Shown in pieces: positions 9,187 through 18,317 of a DNA stretch of 64,000 bases. The number at the start of each line of letters is the position of its first letter. The first letter of the stretch is position 1. The notes under the pieces are model-generated. The model saw only the letters and a program-made list of their open reading frames with translations. It made no database searches and had not been told where the DNA came from. The position numbers and the translations under genes are program-made. The stretch lies in contig OZ245002.1 in NCBI GenBank assembly GCA_965223415.1, forward strand, positions 2,176,001 through 2,240,000. Reading direction: 5' to 3'. The stretch comes from Myxococcota bacterium. Its GTDB lineage: Bacteria; Myxococcota_A; UBA9160; UBA6930.

Positions 9187-10656
9187 ATGGCGCTCGAGGC
9201 TCTGGCGCCGGAGACGCGCAACCTGATCGACGGTGAGCTGGTCGAGTCCTCCAACGGGAACCGCTTCGACAACGTCAACCCAGCGACCGGGGAGGTGCTC
9301 GGCAGCGCCGCCGACGGCACCAAGGACGACATGGAGGCGGCACTCGTCGCCGCGCGCCGCGCCTTCGACGAGACCGGCTGGAGCCGGGACCCTGCCTTCC
9401 GGGCGAAGTGCCTGCGCCAGCTCCACGCAGGCATGCAGGAGGAGAAGGAGCAGCTGCGCTCGATCGTCGTGAACGAGGCCGGTGCCTGCGTCTCGCTCAC
9501 CGGCTTCATGCACGTCGACGATCCGATCGGGATGATGGCCTACTGGGCCGACCTCGCGGAGTCGTACGAGTACGAGACCGAGATGGCGACGATTCCGTTC
9601 GGGGGGCGTGAGAACCGCCGGCTCCTTCGCCGCGAGCCGATCGGCGTGGTGGGCGCCATCACGCCCTGGAACGTCCCTCTCTACCTGAACATCGCGAAGA
9701 TCGGGCCGTCGCTGGCCTCCGGCTGCAGCGTCGTGCTCAAGCCGGCGCCGGACACGCCCTGGAGCGCGACCCACCTCGGGAAGATCATCCGCGAGAAGAC
9801 CGAGATCCCGGCGGGCGTGGTGAACATCGTTGCGTCCTCCGATCACCTGACCGGCGAGGTGCTGTCCGGCGACCCGCGGGTCGACCTCGTGACCTTCACC
9901 GGCTCCACCGCCACGGGTCGCCGCGTGATGGAGAACGCGTCCGCCACGGTGAAGAAGGCCTTCCTCGAGCTCGGCGGCAAGAGCGCTTCCATCGTGCTCG
10001 ACGACGCGAACCTGGAGGCCGTGCTGCCGGGCGCCGCGATGACCTGCGTCCACGGCGGTCAGGGCTGCGCCATTACCACCCGCTGGCTCGTGCCGCGCTC
10101 GCGCTACGACGAGGCGGTCGGGATCCTGAAGGCGGCCTTCGAGGGTTGGAGCTGGGGCGACCCCACCGATCCGGCCAACCTGCAGGGCCCGCAGATCTCC
10201 CGGCGCCAGCAGGAGCGCGTGCTCGGCTACATCGAGAAGGGCAAGCAGGAGGGTGCGCGCTGCCTGGTCGGCGGCGGCAAGCCCGATCGCAAGGGCTTCT
10301 TCGTCGAGCCCACCCTTTTCGTCGACGTGGAGCCGGGCATGACCATCGCCCAGGAGGAGATCTTCGGGCCGGTCTGCTGCGTGATCCCCTTCGACGACGA
10401 CGACGACGCGGTGCGCATCGCCAACGAGTCGATCTACGGGCTCTCCGGCGCCGTATCGAGTGCCAGCGACGAGCGTGCGCTGGCGGTGGCGCGCCGGATC
10501 CGCACCGGCACGATCGCCGTGAACGGCGGGATGTGGTTCCACGTCGACACGCCCTTCGGCGGCTACGGCCAGAGCGGCATCGGACGCGAGAACGGCGTCA
10601 TGGGCTTCGAGGAGCACCTCGAGACGAAGATCATGGCGCTGCCCGTGCGTTCGTGA
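9187..10656 (+). CDS. Aldehyde dehydrogenase
   Basis: ITPWN, FTGS, LELGGKS, GQGC catalytic Cys, EEIFGPV, PFGGYGQSGIGRE. Confidence 0.95.
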   Translation: MALEALAPETRNLIDGELVESSNGNRFDNVNPATGEVLGSAADGTKDDMEAALVAARRAFDETGWSRDPAFRAKCLRQLHAGMQEEKEQLRSIVVNEAGACVSLTGFMHVDDPIGMMAYWADLAESYEYETEMATIPFGGRENRRLLRREPIGVVGAITPWNVPLYLNIAKIGPSLASGCSVVLKPAPDTPWSATHLGKIIREKTEIPAGVVNIVASSDHLTGEVLSGDPRVDLVTFTGSTATGRRVMENASATVKKAFLELGGKSASIVLDDANLEAVLPGAAMTCVHGGQGCAITTRWLVPRSRYDEAVGILKAAFEGWSWGDPTDPANLQGPQISRRQQERVLGYIEKGKQEGARCLVGGGKPDRKGFFVEPTLFVDVEPGMTIAQEEIFGPVCCVIPFDDDDDAVRIANESIYGLSGAVSSASDERALAVARRIRTGTIAVNGGMWFHVDTPFGGYGQSGIGRENGVMGFEEHLETKIMALPVRS

Positions 10657-11417
10657 CCGCCTCCGAGCCCCGCGTCGCGCTGGTCACCGGGGCCTCGTCG
10701 GGGCTGGGCGCGGCGATCGCGGTGGCGCTCGGGAGGCTGGGCTGGCCGGTGGCCTTCGGTGCGCGGCGGGTCGCCCGCCTGGAGGAGGTCGGCGCCGGCG
10801 TCGAGGCCGCGGGAGGTCGGCCCTTCGCTCACGAGCTCGACGTCCGCGACGACGGGAGCGTCGACGCCTTCGTCTCCGCCGCCGAGCGGGCTCTCGGTCC
10901 GATCGACGTGGTCGTGAGCAACGCCGGGATCGGCCGTGCCGGAAAGCTGCCGGACCTGCCGATCGCGGACGTCCAGGCCGAGCTCGAGACGAATCTGCTC
11001 GGGCCGCTGCGGGTCGTCCGGCGCGTGTTGCCCGCAATGCTGGAGCGCCGCTCGGGGGATCTCTGCTTCGTCACCTCCCTGAACGCCGTCCTCCCGCGCC
11101 CTTTCCAGGTCGGGTACACCGCCAGCAAGGCCGGCCTGGAGGGCGCCGTGCGGACGCTCCAGATGGAGCTCGAGGGCAGCGGGGTGCGCGCCAGCATGAT
11201 CCGGCCGGGCCCCTCCCGGACCGAGATGGGATACGACTGGGACCCGGAGCTCCAGAAGGCACTCCTGGCGGAGTGGGGGCGCTGGGGGGTGCTGCGGCAC
11301 ATGGAGTTCATGGAGCCCGAGCAGGTGGCGGGCGCCGTGGTGGCCACCGTCACCGCCGATCCCGGCGTCCACTTCGACGTGGTCCAGGTCAGCCCGACCC
11401 GGTCGCCAGAGGATTGA
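10653..11417 (+). CDS. SDR family oxidoreductase
   Basis: GTG overlapping the ALDH stop; VTGASSGLG, SNAG, YTASK, IRPGPSRTEMG. Resembles Rv0765c type. Confidence 0.9.
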   Translation: MTASEPRVALVTGASSGLGAAIAVALGRLGWPVAFGARRVARLEEVGAGVEAAGGRPFAHELDVRDDGSVDAFVSAAERALGPIDVVVSNAGIGRAGKLPDLPIADVQAELETNLLGPLRVVRRVLPAMLERRSGDLCFVTSLNAVLPRPFQVGYTASKAGLEGAVRTLQMELEGSGVRASMIRPGPSRTEMGYDWDPELQKALLAEWGRWGVLRHMEFMEPEQVAGAVVATVTADPGVHFDVVQVSPTRSPED

Positions 11418-11449
11418 AACCGCATTCTAAATTTCGTAGGATCGTTTCA
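11414..11449 (+). promoter_or_regulatory. Sigma70-type promoter for probably leaderless tetR, overlapping a dyad (TGAAAC...GTTTCA)
   Basis: TTGAAA (11414-11419), 17-bp spacer, TAGGAT (11437-11442), 6 nt, ATG at 11449; no RBS. Confidence 0.65.
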
Positions 11450-12093
11450 TGGCGACCGAGAGCGTCCAGGATGCGCGGCAGGCCCTCTATCGGGGTCGGG
11501 TCGTCGACGCCGCCGAGGGCCTCTTCGCCGAGAAGGGCGTCGACGCCTCCAAGATGGAGGAGATCGCCGAGGCCGCCGGCCTCGCGCTCGGCACCGTGTA
11601 CTCGGTCTTCCGCGGCAAGTCGGCGATCCTCGACGGCCTCCACGAGGCCCGGCTGCGGGAGCTCGTCGACGGCGCCAACGCTGCGGCCCGCGATCTGGAC
11701 GGCCCCCTGCCCATGCTCCTCGCCGGCCTGCGCGCCTACGTCGAGTACTTCCTCTCCCACCCCGACTATCTGCGCATCCACCTCGCCCTCGGCACGAGCT
11801 GGGGCATGCCGATCCGCGGAGGCTCGCCCCGGGCGGCGGCCTGGGAGGAGGGCCACGCCCTGCAGGTGCGGCTCTTCGCGCGCGGCATCGCCGACGGCAC
11901 GTTCTATCCGGACGATCCCGGCCGTATGGCCCACACCCTCGCCGCGATGCAGCAAGTCCGCCTCGCGGAGTGGCTCGGGGGCGGGATGGCCGAGGACCCG
12001 GAGGAGATCATCGCGGGCATGGAGCTGCAGCTCCGCCGCGCGTTCTGCATGCGCTACGAAGATCGGGGCGATCATTCCATGGGAGGACGCTAG
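11449..12093 (+). CDS. TetR/AcrR family regulator
   Basis: AAEGLFAEKGVDASKMEEIAEAAGLALGTVYSVFRGK HTH. Confidence 0.9.
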   Translation: MATESVQDARQALYRGRVVDAAEGLFAEKGVDASKMEEIAEAAGLALGTVYSVFRGKSAILDGLHEARLRELVDGANAAARDLDGPLPMLLAGLRAYVEYFLSHPDYLRIHLALGTSWGMPIRGGSPRAAAWEEGHALQVRLFARGIADGTFYPDDPGRMAHTLAAMQQVRLAEWLGGGMAEDPEEIIAGMELQLRRAFCMRYEDRGDHSMGGR

Positions 12094-12095
12094 TC

Positions 12096-13694
12096 ATGGA
12101 CCTTCCGAAGCTCCCCGGCAGCTGGCCGCTGCTCGGCCACCTGCTCGAGCTGCGGCGAGACCCGATCGGGTTGATGGAGCGGGTGCGCGCCGAGTGCGGC
12201 GAGATCGGCGAGTTCAACCTCGCGGGTCACAAGATCGCGCTGCTCACCGGCGAGGAGGCCCAGGAGGCCTTCTTCCGCGCACCGGACGAGCAGCTCGACC
12301 AGGCGGCGGCCTATCCGTTCATGAAGCCGATCTTCGGCGAGGGGGTCGTTTTCGACGCCACGCCGGAGCAGCGCAAGCAGGCCATGCGCAACCAGTCGCT
12401 TCGCGACTCGTTCATGCGGGGCCACGCCGAGACGATCGCTGCCGAGGTCGAGCGCATGACGGAGGGCTGGGGCGAGCAAGGCGAGGTGGACGCGCTCTCC
12501 TTCTTTGCCGAGCTCACCCTCTACACGTCGTCGACCTGCCTGATCGGCCCCCAGTTCCGCGAGGAGCTCGACGCCTCCTACTCTCCGATCTTCATGGACC
12601 TGGAGCGGGGAACGGACGCCCTGGCCTACGTGAACCCCTACCTGCCCATCCCCGCGCTCCGGGCACGCGACCGTGCGCGCAAGGAGCTCGTCGCGAAGAT
12701 CGAGGCGATCTTCGTGCGCCGCGAGCAGGACGACGAGACCTACACGGACCTCTTCCAGGTGCTCCACGGCCTGCACGACGAGAACGGCATGCGCCGCTAC
12801 AGCGACGACCAGATCACCGGCATGTTCATCTCGATGATGTTCGCCGGGCACCACACCACGTCGGTGACATCGTCCCGGGGGATGCTGGAGCTGCTGATGC
12901 ATCCGGAGTGGATGCAGAAGGTCGTGGCGGAGCTCGACGAGATCTACGCCGACGGCCGCGACGTCTCCTACCAGGCTCTGCGGGAGATCCCGCTGCTCGA
13001 GTGCGCCCTCAAGGAGGCGCTGCGCCTGCACCCGCCGCTCATCATCCTGATGCGCAAGGTGATGCACGACTTCGAGTACAAGGGCTGGACGGTCCCGGCG
13101 GGCCACCTGGCCGCGGCATCTCCCGCGGTCTCGAACCGCATGCCCGAGCACTTCCCGGACCCGGAGCGCTACGAGCCCGAACGCTACCTGCCCGGCCGGG
13201 AAGAGGACAAGAAGAGCTTCGCCTGGCTCCCCTTCGGGGCCGGTCGCCACCGCTGCGTCGGGGCGGCCTTCGCGATGATGCAGCTGAAGGCGATCTTCTC
13301 GATCCTGCTGCGCCGCTTCGAGTTCGAGCTGGCCCAGCCGCCGGAGACCTACGCCAACGACCTCTCGAAGATGGTCGTCGCCGTGAAGCAGCCCTGTCGG
13401 GTGCGCTACCGGCGACGGCACGCTGCCACGTCCGTCGCGACGACGGCCCCGAAAGCGGCCGAGCCGCGCGCCGGCGAAGGAGCCTTCCGCGTCTGCGTGG
13501 ACCTCGACCTCTGTCAGGGCCACGCGGTGTGCATCAACGAGGCTCCCGAGGTCTTCGACATCGAGCGCAACGAAGACGGCGAGGACAAGGTCGTCCTGCG
13601 CATGCAGGAGCCTTCGCCGGAGCTTCGCGAGAAGGCCGATGCGGCCGTCCGCCACTGCCCGACCCGGGCCCTTTCCATCGAGGAGACGAACTGA
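12096..13694 (+). CDS. cyp51: Sterol 14alpha-demethylase CYP51 fused to C-terminal 3Fe-4S ferredoxin
   Basis: AYPFMKPIFGEGVVFDA (SRS1), MFAGHHTTS I-helix, EALRLHPP, FGAGRHRCVG heme motif; Ala/Thr/Pro linker; then VDLDLCQGHAVC...APEVF...CPTRALSI ferredoxin. GGGAGG RBS. Confidence 0.92.
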   Translation: MDLPKLPGSWPLLGHLLELRRDPIGLMERVRAECGEIGEFNLAGHKIALLTGEEAQEAFFRAPDEQLDQAAAYPFMKPIFGEGVVFDATPEQRKQAMRNQSLRDSFMRGHAETIAAEVERMTEGWGEQGEVDALSFFAELTLYTSSTCLIGPQFREELDASYSPIFMDLERGTDALAYVNPYLPIPALRARDRARKELVAKIEAIFVRREQDDETYTDLFQVLHGLHDENGMRRYSDDQITGMFISMMFAGHHTTSVTSSRGMLELLMHPEWMQKVVAELDEIYADGRDVSYQALREIPLLECALKEALRLHPPLIILMRKVMHDFEYKGWTVPAGHLAAASPAVSNRMPEHFPDPERYEPERYLPGREEDKKSFAWLPFGAGRHRCVGAAFAMMQLKAIFSILLRRFEFELAQPPETYANDLSKMVVAVKQPCRVRYRRRHAATSVATTAPKAAEPRAGEGAFRVCVDLDLCQGHAVCINEAPEVFDIERNEDGEDKVVLRMQEPSPELREKADAAVRHCPTRALSIEETN

Positions 13695-14254
13695 TGCCTG
13701 CCTTCCCCCGAGACGAAATGGAAGAGATGGTGCGCCGCTGGGTGGCCGCCAACGACGAGGCCGGCCGCACTGGCGACTGGTCGAAGATGTCCGAGTTCTT
13801 CACCGACGACGCGGTCTACAGCTGGACCACCGGCCCGAACTGGGACTTCGTGGCCAAGGGCAAGCAGCAGATCCACGAGTGGGCCTTCGGCAGCGAGATG
13901 GCCGGCCTCGAGCACTGGACCTACCCCTACGTGCGCACGCTCATCGACGACCAGAAGGGCGAGTTCATCGGCATTTGGCGGCAGATCGCTCCGGTGAAGG
14001 ATCCGGAAGGGGTGAACTACGAGATCCGCGGCACCGGCGGCTCCTGGTTCCGCTACGCGGGCGACTTCAAGTGGGGCTGGCAGCGTGACTTCTTCGACCA
14101 CGCCTGCGCCGGCGCGGTATTCGGTGCCATGGCCAAGAACGGCCAGCTCACCGAGAAGATGCTCGAGCGCATGAAGAAGGGCTCGGACATGCCCGGCTGG
14201 ACCCACAAGAGCGAGTTCGACTGGTTCGCGACCATCGCCGACATCGAGGCGTAA
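13694..14254 (+). CDS. NTF2-family protein (Rv0762c-like)
   Basis: MPAFPRDEMEEMVRRWVAAN...GSEMAGLEHWTYPY...GTGGSWFRYAGDFKWGWQRDFFD; TGATG coupling to cyp51. Confidence 0.85.
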   Translation: MPAFPRDEMEEMVRRWVAANDEAGRTGDWSKMSEFFTDDAVYSWTTGPNWDFVAKGKQQIHEWAFGSEMAGLEHWTYPYVRTLIDDQKGEFIGIWRQIAPVKDPEGVNYEIRGTGGSWFRYAGDFKWGWQRDFFDHACAGAVFGAMAKNGQLTEKMLERMKKGSDMPGWTHKSEFDWFATIADIEA

Positions 14255-14258
14255 CCGG

Positions 14259-15506
14259 GTGCCGCCGCGCCGGCTCACCGACCTCTCGCGCCAGGAGCTC
14301 TGCCACCTCGGCCGGGAGTATCTGCTGATCGGGCACCTCCAGGACCGCGTCGGGCTTCCTCTCGCGACCCAGCTCGTGGGCGAGGAGGCCCAGGCCCAGC
14401 TCTCCATCGACGAGTGGATGGGCGCCAGCCCGATCTACTCGGTGCGGGTGCAGCGGGCGCTGGGCTTCGAGGGCAACGACGTCGGCACGGTCTTCAAGAA
14501 CCTGCAGCTCGACATCGGCGCGCCCCATCAGTTCATGGACTTCCAGTTCCGGCTCGACCGTCCCGAGTACGGCGAGTTCTGGTTGCCCCACTGCGGGGCG
14601 CTGATGGACGTTGAGCCCTTCGGCGAGAAGCGGGTGCAGCGGATGTGCCACGACATCGAGGACCCGACCTTCGATGCCACGGCCGCCGCGACCCATCCGC
14701 ACATGAAGATGCGCCCGATCCACCGGCCGCCCCGCGTGCCCGCCGGGCGCTACCCGCACTGCCGCTGGTCGGTCTTCATCGACGAGAGCGCGGAGGCCGT
14801 GCCCTACGAGCAGCACCCGAACCTGCCGCGCATGCAGGCCTCGAGGATCGCGAACGTCGCGATCGTCGTGCCGGGGGGCGACCTCGAGCCCGGCGGATGG
14901 GACGACTACAGCGGGCCCTTCGATCCGGGCTTCCAGCTCGAGGACCTGGGGCACCGGGCGCTGCTGACCGCCTGCCAGGAGACCGCGACCCAGATCCACC
15001 TGCTGGCGCGCTCGTTCCTGCTGAACGTGGACCAACGCCACGGCGAGGAGGCCGCGCGAGAGCTCGGCCGGCGGCAGTGGACCGGCGCCGCCGCGATCGG
15101 TGCGCTGCGGCTGAAGCGCGCGCTCGGGATCGGGGAGGACACGGCGGCGATCGCCCAGGTGTTCGAGCTGCATCCCCACTTCCACCCGCGCAGCTACGTG
15201 GACCTGCGGGTCGAGGTGACCGATGAGGCGACCCTCCGCCTCGAGATCGGCGACGGCCCGGCCCTTGAAGAGGCCGACGCGCACTCCTGGTTCGGCGGCC
15301 TCGGCGACGAGCCGCATCCCGCTCTCGCCGCGATTGCCGCTGCGGTGAACCCGAAGGCGCGCTGCCGCGCGGCCGGCGAGCTGGCCTGGGAGGTCGTGGT
15401 CGACCCGGACGCCGAGCCCCTGGGCGAGCCGCCCGAGCTCAAGATCGCGCGGATCAGCGCGGGCGTGGACTTCGCCCTGGAGCAGCGCCGGGTGCTGCGC
15501 GCCTAG
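14259..15506 (+). CDS. Conserved hypothetical protein, tandem two-domain, Cys/His motifs
   Basis: EWMGASPIYS, FKNLQLDIGAPHQFMDF, PHCGAL, MCHDIEDPTFDATA, PHCRW; second repeat starts WDDYSGPFDPGFQLEDL. Confidence 0.8.
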   Translation: MPPRRLTDLSRQELCHLGREYLLIGHLQDRVGLPLATQLVGEEAQAQLSIDEWMGASPIYSVRVQRALGFEGNDVGTVFKNLQLDIGAPHQFMDFQFRLDRPEYGEFWLPHCGALMDVEPFGEKRVQRMCHDIEDPTFDATAAATHPHMKMRPIHRPPRVPAGRYPHCRWSVFIDESAEAVPYEQHPNLPRMQASRIANVAIVVPGGDLEPGGWDDYSGPFDPGFQLEDLGHRALLTACQETATQIHLLARSFLLNVDQRHGEEAARELGRRQWTGAAAIGALRLKRALGIGEDTAAIAQVFELHPHFHPRSYVDLRVEVTDEATLRLEIGDGPALEEADAHSWFGGLGDEPHPALAAIAAAVNPKARCRAAGELAWEVVVDPDAEPLGEPPELKIARISAGVDFALEQRRVLRA

Positions 15507-15508
15507 CC

Positions 15509-16384
15509 GTGGCAGGGCTCCTCGCCGGCAAGGCCGCGATCGTCGCCGGCGGGAGCCGTGGGATCGGCCGTGCGGTGTCCCTGGCGCTCGCGGCGGAGGG
15601 CGCCGCCGTCGTCGTGAACGGCCGGAGCCCGGAGCCGCCGGAGGAGGTAGCGGCTGCCATCCGCGACGCCGGCGGGCGCGCGCGGGCGCACCCCGGCTCC
15701 GTCGCGGACTTCGAGCTGGCCGGCGAGCTGGTCGCGGCCTGCGCGGCCGACTTCGGCGCCGTCGACGTGCTCGTGAACTGCGCGGGGATCCCCGAGCCCG
15801 ACGACACCTCGATCCTCGACCTCGCCCCGGAGGCCTGGCGCGACGTGATCGACGTGCACCTCACGGGCACCTTCCATACCTGCCGCCACGCCGCGCCGCC
15901 CATGGCCGCCCAGGGCGGAGGCGTGATCGTGAACACGAGCTCCCATGCCTACCTGGGCCGCTACGGCGGCAGCGCCTATGCCGCGGGCAAGGGCGGTACG
16001 AACAGCCTCACCTTTGCCATCGCGGCCGAGCTGCGGGACCGCGGTGTGCGCGCCAACGCCGTGTGCCCGGGCGCCCGCACGCGGCTCAACGAAGGCCCCG
16101 GTTACGAGCGGAAGATCGCCGATCTCCACGCGCGCGGGATCCTCGACGACATCACCCGTGACGCCTCACTCTCGCCGGCCGCTCCCGAGTACGTGGGCCC
16201 GATCTACGTCTTCCTCGCGAGCGTGCTCTCCGAAGGCATCACCGGCCGGGTCTTCTCCGCGGCCGGCGGCTACGTCGGTGTGCACACGGAGGGCAGCGAA
16301 GCGCTGCTGGCCTACCGCGACGCCTCCGCCGGCCCCTGGCCCGTCGCCGAGCTGGCGGGGAAGATCCGCGAAGGCCTGCCCTGA
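15509..16384 (+). CDS. SDR family oxidoreductase
   Basis: AGGSRGIG, VNCAGI, YAAGK, RANAVCPG. Confidence 0.9.
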   Translation: MAGLLAGKAAIVAGGSRGIGRAVSLALAAEGAAVVVNGRSPEPPEEVAAAIRDAGGRARAHPGSVADFELAGELVAACAADFGAVDVLVNCAGIPEPDDTSILDLAPEAWRDVIDVHLTGTFHTCRHAAPPMAAQGGGVIVNTSSHAYLGRYGGSAYAAGKGGTNSLTFAIAAELRDRGVRANAVCPGARTRLNEGPGYERKIADLHARGILDDITRDASLSPAAPEYVGPIYVFLASVLSEGITGRVFSAAGGYVGVHTEGSEALLAYRDASAGPWPVAELAGKIREGLP

Positions 16385-16386
16385 GC

Positions 16387-17238
16387 TCAGATCCCCGGAT
16401 CCCGCCCGCACCGCTCGGCCACTGCATAGCGTTCGACCCCGTGCGCGGCTTCCGCATCGACGTCGGAGATCACCGTCCATCCAGTCCCCTCGACGTATCG
16501 GGGCAGGTCCTCGCTTCGGACGGTGGACCTCCATGGCTCCCCGATGAGCCGAACCATCGTCGAGAGGATCCTGCGTTCACCCGGAATCGCGTGCGTGAAC
16601 ACGAGACGACTTCCGGGTGACGTGCAGGCGGCCGCTTCCTGCAGCAGCCCTCGTACCTCGTCGTCCGTCAGGTACTGGAGGAGGCCCTCCGCCAATGTCA
16701 CCGAGGGCCTGGACGCATCCCAGCGGCCGTCTTCCGAGAGCACCTTCGAAAGGGCCTGCTCGCCGAGATCCGCTGCGATCTGCACCATGTTCTCCGGTCG
16801 GCCGATCTCGGCCACTCCCTTCGCCTTGGCCGCAGACGTGGTGGGATGATCGACCTCGAAGAAGCGCACGTCGCCGTGCTTCGGCGCGAGCCTCAGGCAG
16901 AGCGTGTCGAAGCCGGCGCCCAACACCAGCACCTGTCGCGCGCCCTCGCCGATGGCGCGCTCCACCTGCTGCTGCATGAAGATCTTCCGGTGGCCGAAGC
17001 CCTCCCACTGCCCCGGCATCATGCGGTCCTGGATCTCGTAAACCCGCACCATCCACGGCTTCCTGGACGCGCGCATCAGGCGTGGGCCGTAGCCCGGCGA
17101 CCCCGAGGCCAGGAGCAGACGCTCGGTGAGCTCCACGAGGCCGGGAGGGAGCCGTTTCGCCCAGTCGTCCTTGACGCTCAGCGTGATCATGCCGAGCGCG
17201 ACCTTGAGAGCCGTCTGGCTGATCCGCCCCTGCTTCAC
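16387..17238 (-). CDS. Class I SAM-dependent methyltransferase (LCM/leucine carboxyl MTase-like)
   Basis: QVLVLGAGFDT, FFEVDHP, LAEGLLQYL; GTG start overlapping the Rieske gene stop. Confidence 0.88.
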   Translation of the reverse strand: MKQGRISQTALKVALGMITLSVKDDWAKRLPPGLVELTERLLLASGSPGYGPRLMRASRKPWMVRVYEIQDRMMPGQWEGFGHRKIFMQQQVERAIGEGARQVLVLGAGFDTLCLRLAPKHGDVRFFEVDHPTTSAAKAKGVAEIGRPENMVQIAADLGEQALSKVLSEDGRWDASRPSVTLAEGLLQYLTDDEVRGLLQEAAACTSPGSRLVFTHAIPGERRILSTMVRLIGEPWRSTVRSEDLPRYVEGTGWTVISDVDAEAAHGVERYAVAERCGRDPGI

Positions 17239-18317
17239 GACGTCATCCGATCCAGCCACCACTGATTGAACTGCCAGATCGGCTTCTCCAGCGGGCAGAG
17301 CGGGCCGCTCTCGAAGGAGCGCGCACCGAGGCCGGACCAGGTCGTCTCGCAGGCTTCGATGTCCTGGAGGTGGACCGTCCGTGTGAAGGCCTGCAGGCCC
17401 TCCACGCCTTCCCGCTCGGCGGGATCGTCGAGCACCTCACGCGGGAAACAGGTGAAGACGCGAAGGGTGAAGCGGTCGTACGTCTCGGGCAGGAGCTGGT
17501 ACCAGGCCATCGAGTGCTCGCTCGGCGCGAACAGGTGGAACGGGAACACCGTCGCTGCGACGAGCCCCCCGGCGGTTGTCTCCGCCGGGTCGTTGCCTTC
17601 GACGTCGGGCATGAACAGGACGGAGTAGAGGCCTTCGCTGTCCGGCGTGTGGGAGTGGGCGCCCGGGAGCATCGGCTCGAGGGTGTCGCGGTGGGTCCCG
17701 ATGTGGTGGTAGGCCTCCATGAAGTTGTCGGTGAGGACCTTCCAGTTGAACGGAGAATCGAAGGTGGCGGTCTCCACCGCGACGAGATCGGCCATCCGGT
17801 AGGGAGCGAGCAAGGCCGAGAGCGGTGCGAGGCGCGGACCCAGGGGCTCGGCGTTGTCGTCGAAGTTGACGAAGATCCAGCCCTCCCAGATCTCGCTTCG
17901 AATCTCGGGCAGTCGGCACCCGGTCCGGTCGAAATCGGCGCCGTCCATGTGGGGTGCGCCGATGAGCTGGCCGTCGAGCTGGAAGGTCCAGCGGTGATAG
18001 GGGCACTGGAAGGAGCGCGCGTTGCCCGCGCCCTGGACGAGCTCGGCCGCGCGGTGGCGGCACACTCGGGAGAGCACGCGCACCACGCCGTCCTTGCCGC
18101 GCACGACGACGAGCAGGTCGCCGAGCAGGTCGAGTGCCATGTAGTCGCCGGGCTCGGGAACCTGGTCCACGCGTCCAGCGCATAGCCACTCGCGAGAGAA
18201 GAGCTGCTCGGTCTCACGCTGGTAGAGCTCCGGCGAGGTGAAGGCTTCGGCGGGAAGGGTGGAGGCCTCGGACAGGGGGCGCCGCGCGCGGGCTACACCT
18301 TCAGCGTCCAGGCCCAC
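17235..18317 (-). CDS. Rieske aromatic ring-hydroxylating oxygenase alpha subunit
   Basis: CRHR...CPYHRW Rieske motif, NWK..DNFMEAYHHIGTH mononuclear Fe motif, QDIEACE. Confidence 0.92.
   Translation of the reverse strand: MGLDAEGVARARRPLSEASTLPAEAFTSPELYQRETEQLFSREWLCAGRVDQVPEPGDYMALDLLGDLLVVVRGKDGVVRVLSRVCRHRAAELVQGAGNARSFQCPYHRWTFQLDGQLIGAPHMDGADFDRTGCRLPEIRSEIWEGWIFVNFDDNAEPLGPRLAPLSALLAPYRMADLVAVETATFDSPFNWKVLTDNFMEAYHHIGTHRDTLEPMLPGAHSHTPDSEGLYSVLFMPDVEGNDPAETTAGGLVAATVFPFHLFAPSEHSMAWYQLLPETYDRFTLRVFTCFPREVLDDPAEREGVEGLQAFTRTVHLQDIEACETTWSGLGARSFESGPLCPLEKPIWQFNQWWLDRMTS

Noticed and set aside
11273..14254. 993-aa ORF suggesting a large fusion ending in NTF2
   Set aside because: Only the last 186 aa (from the ATG at 13694) look like real protein; the rest is an alternate frame over tetR and cyp51.
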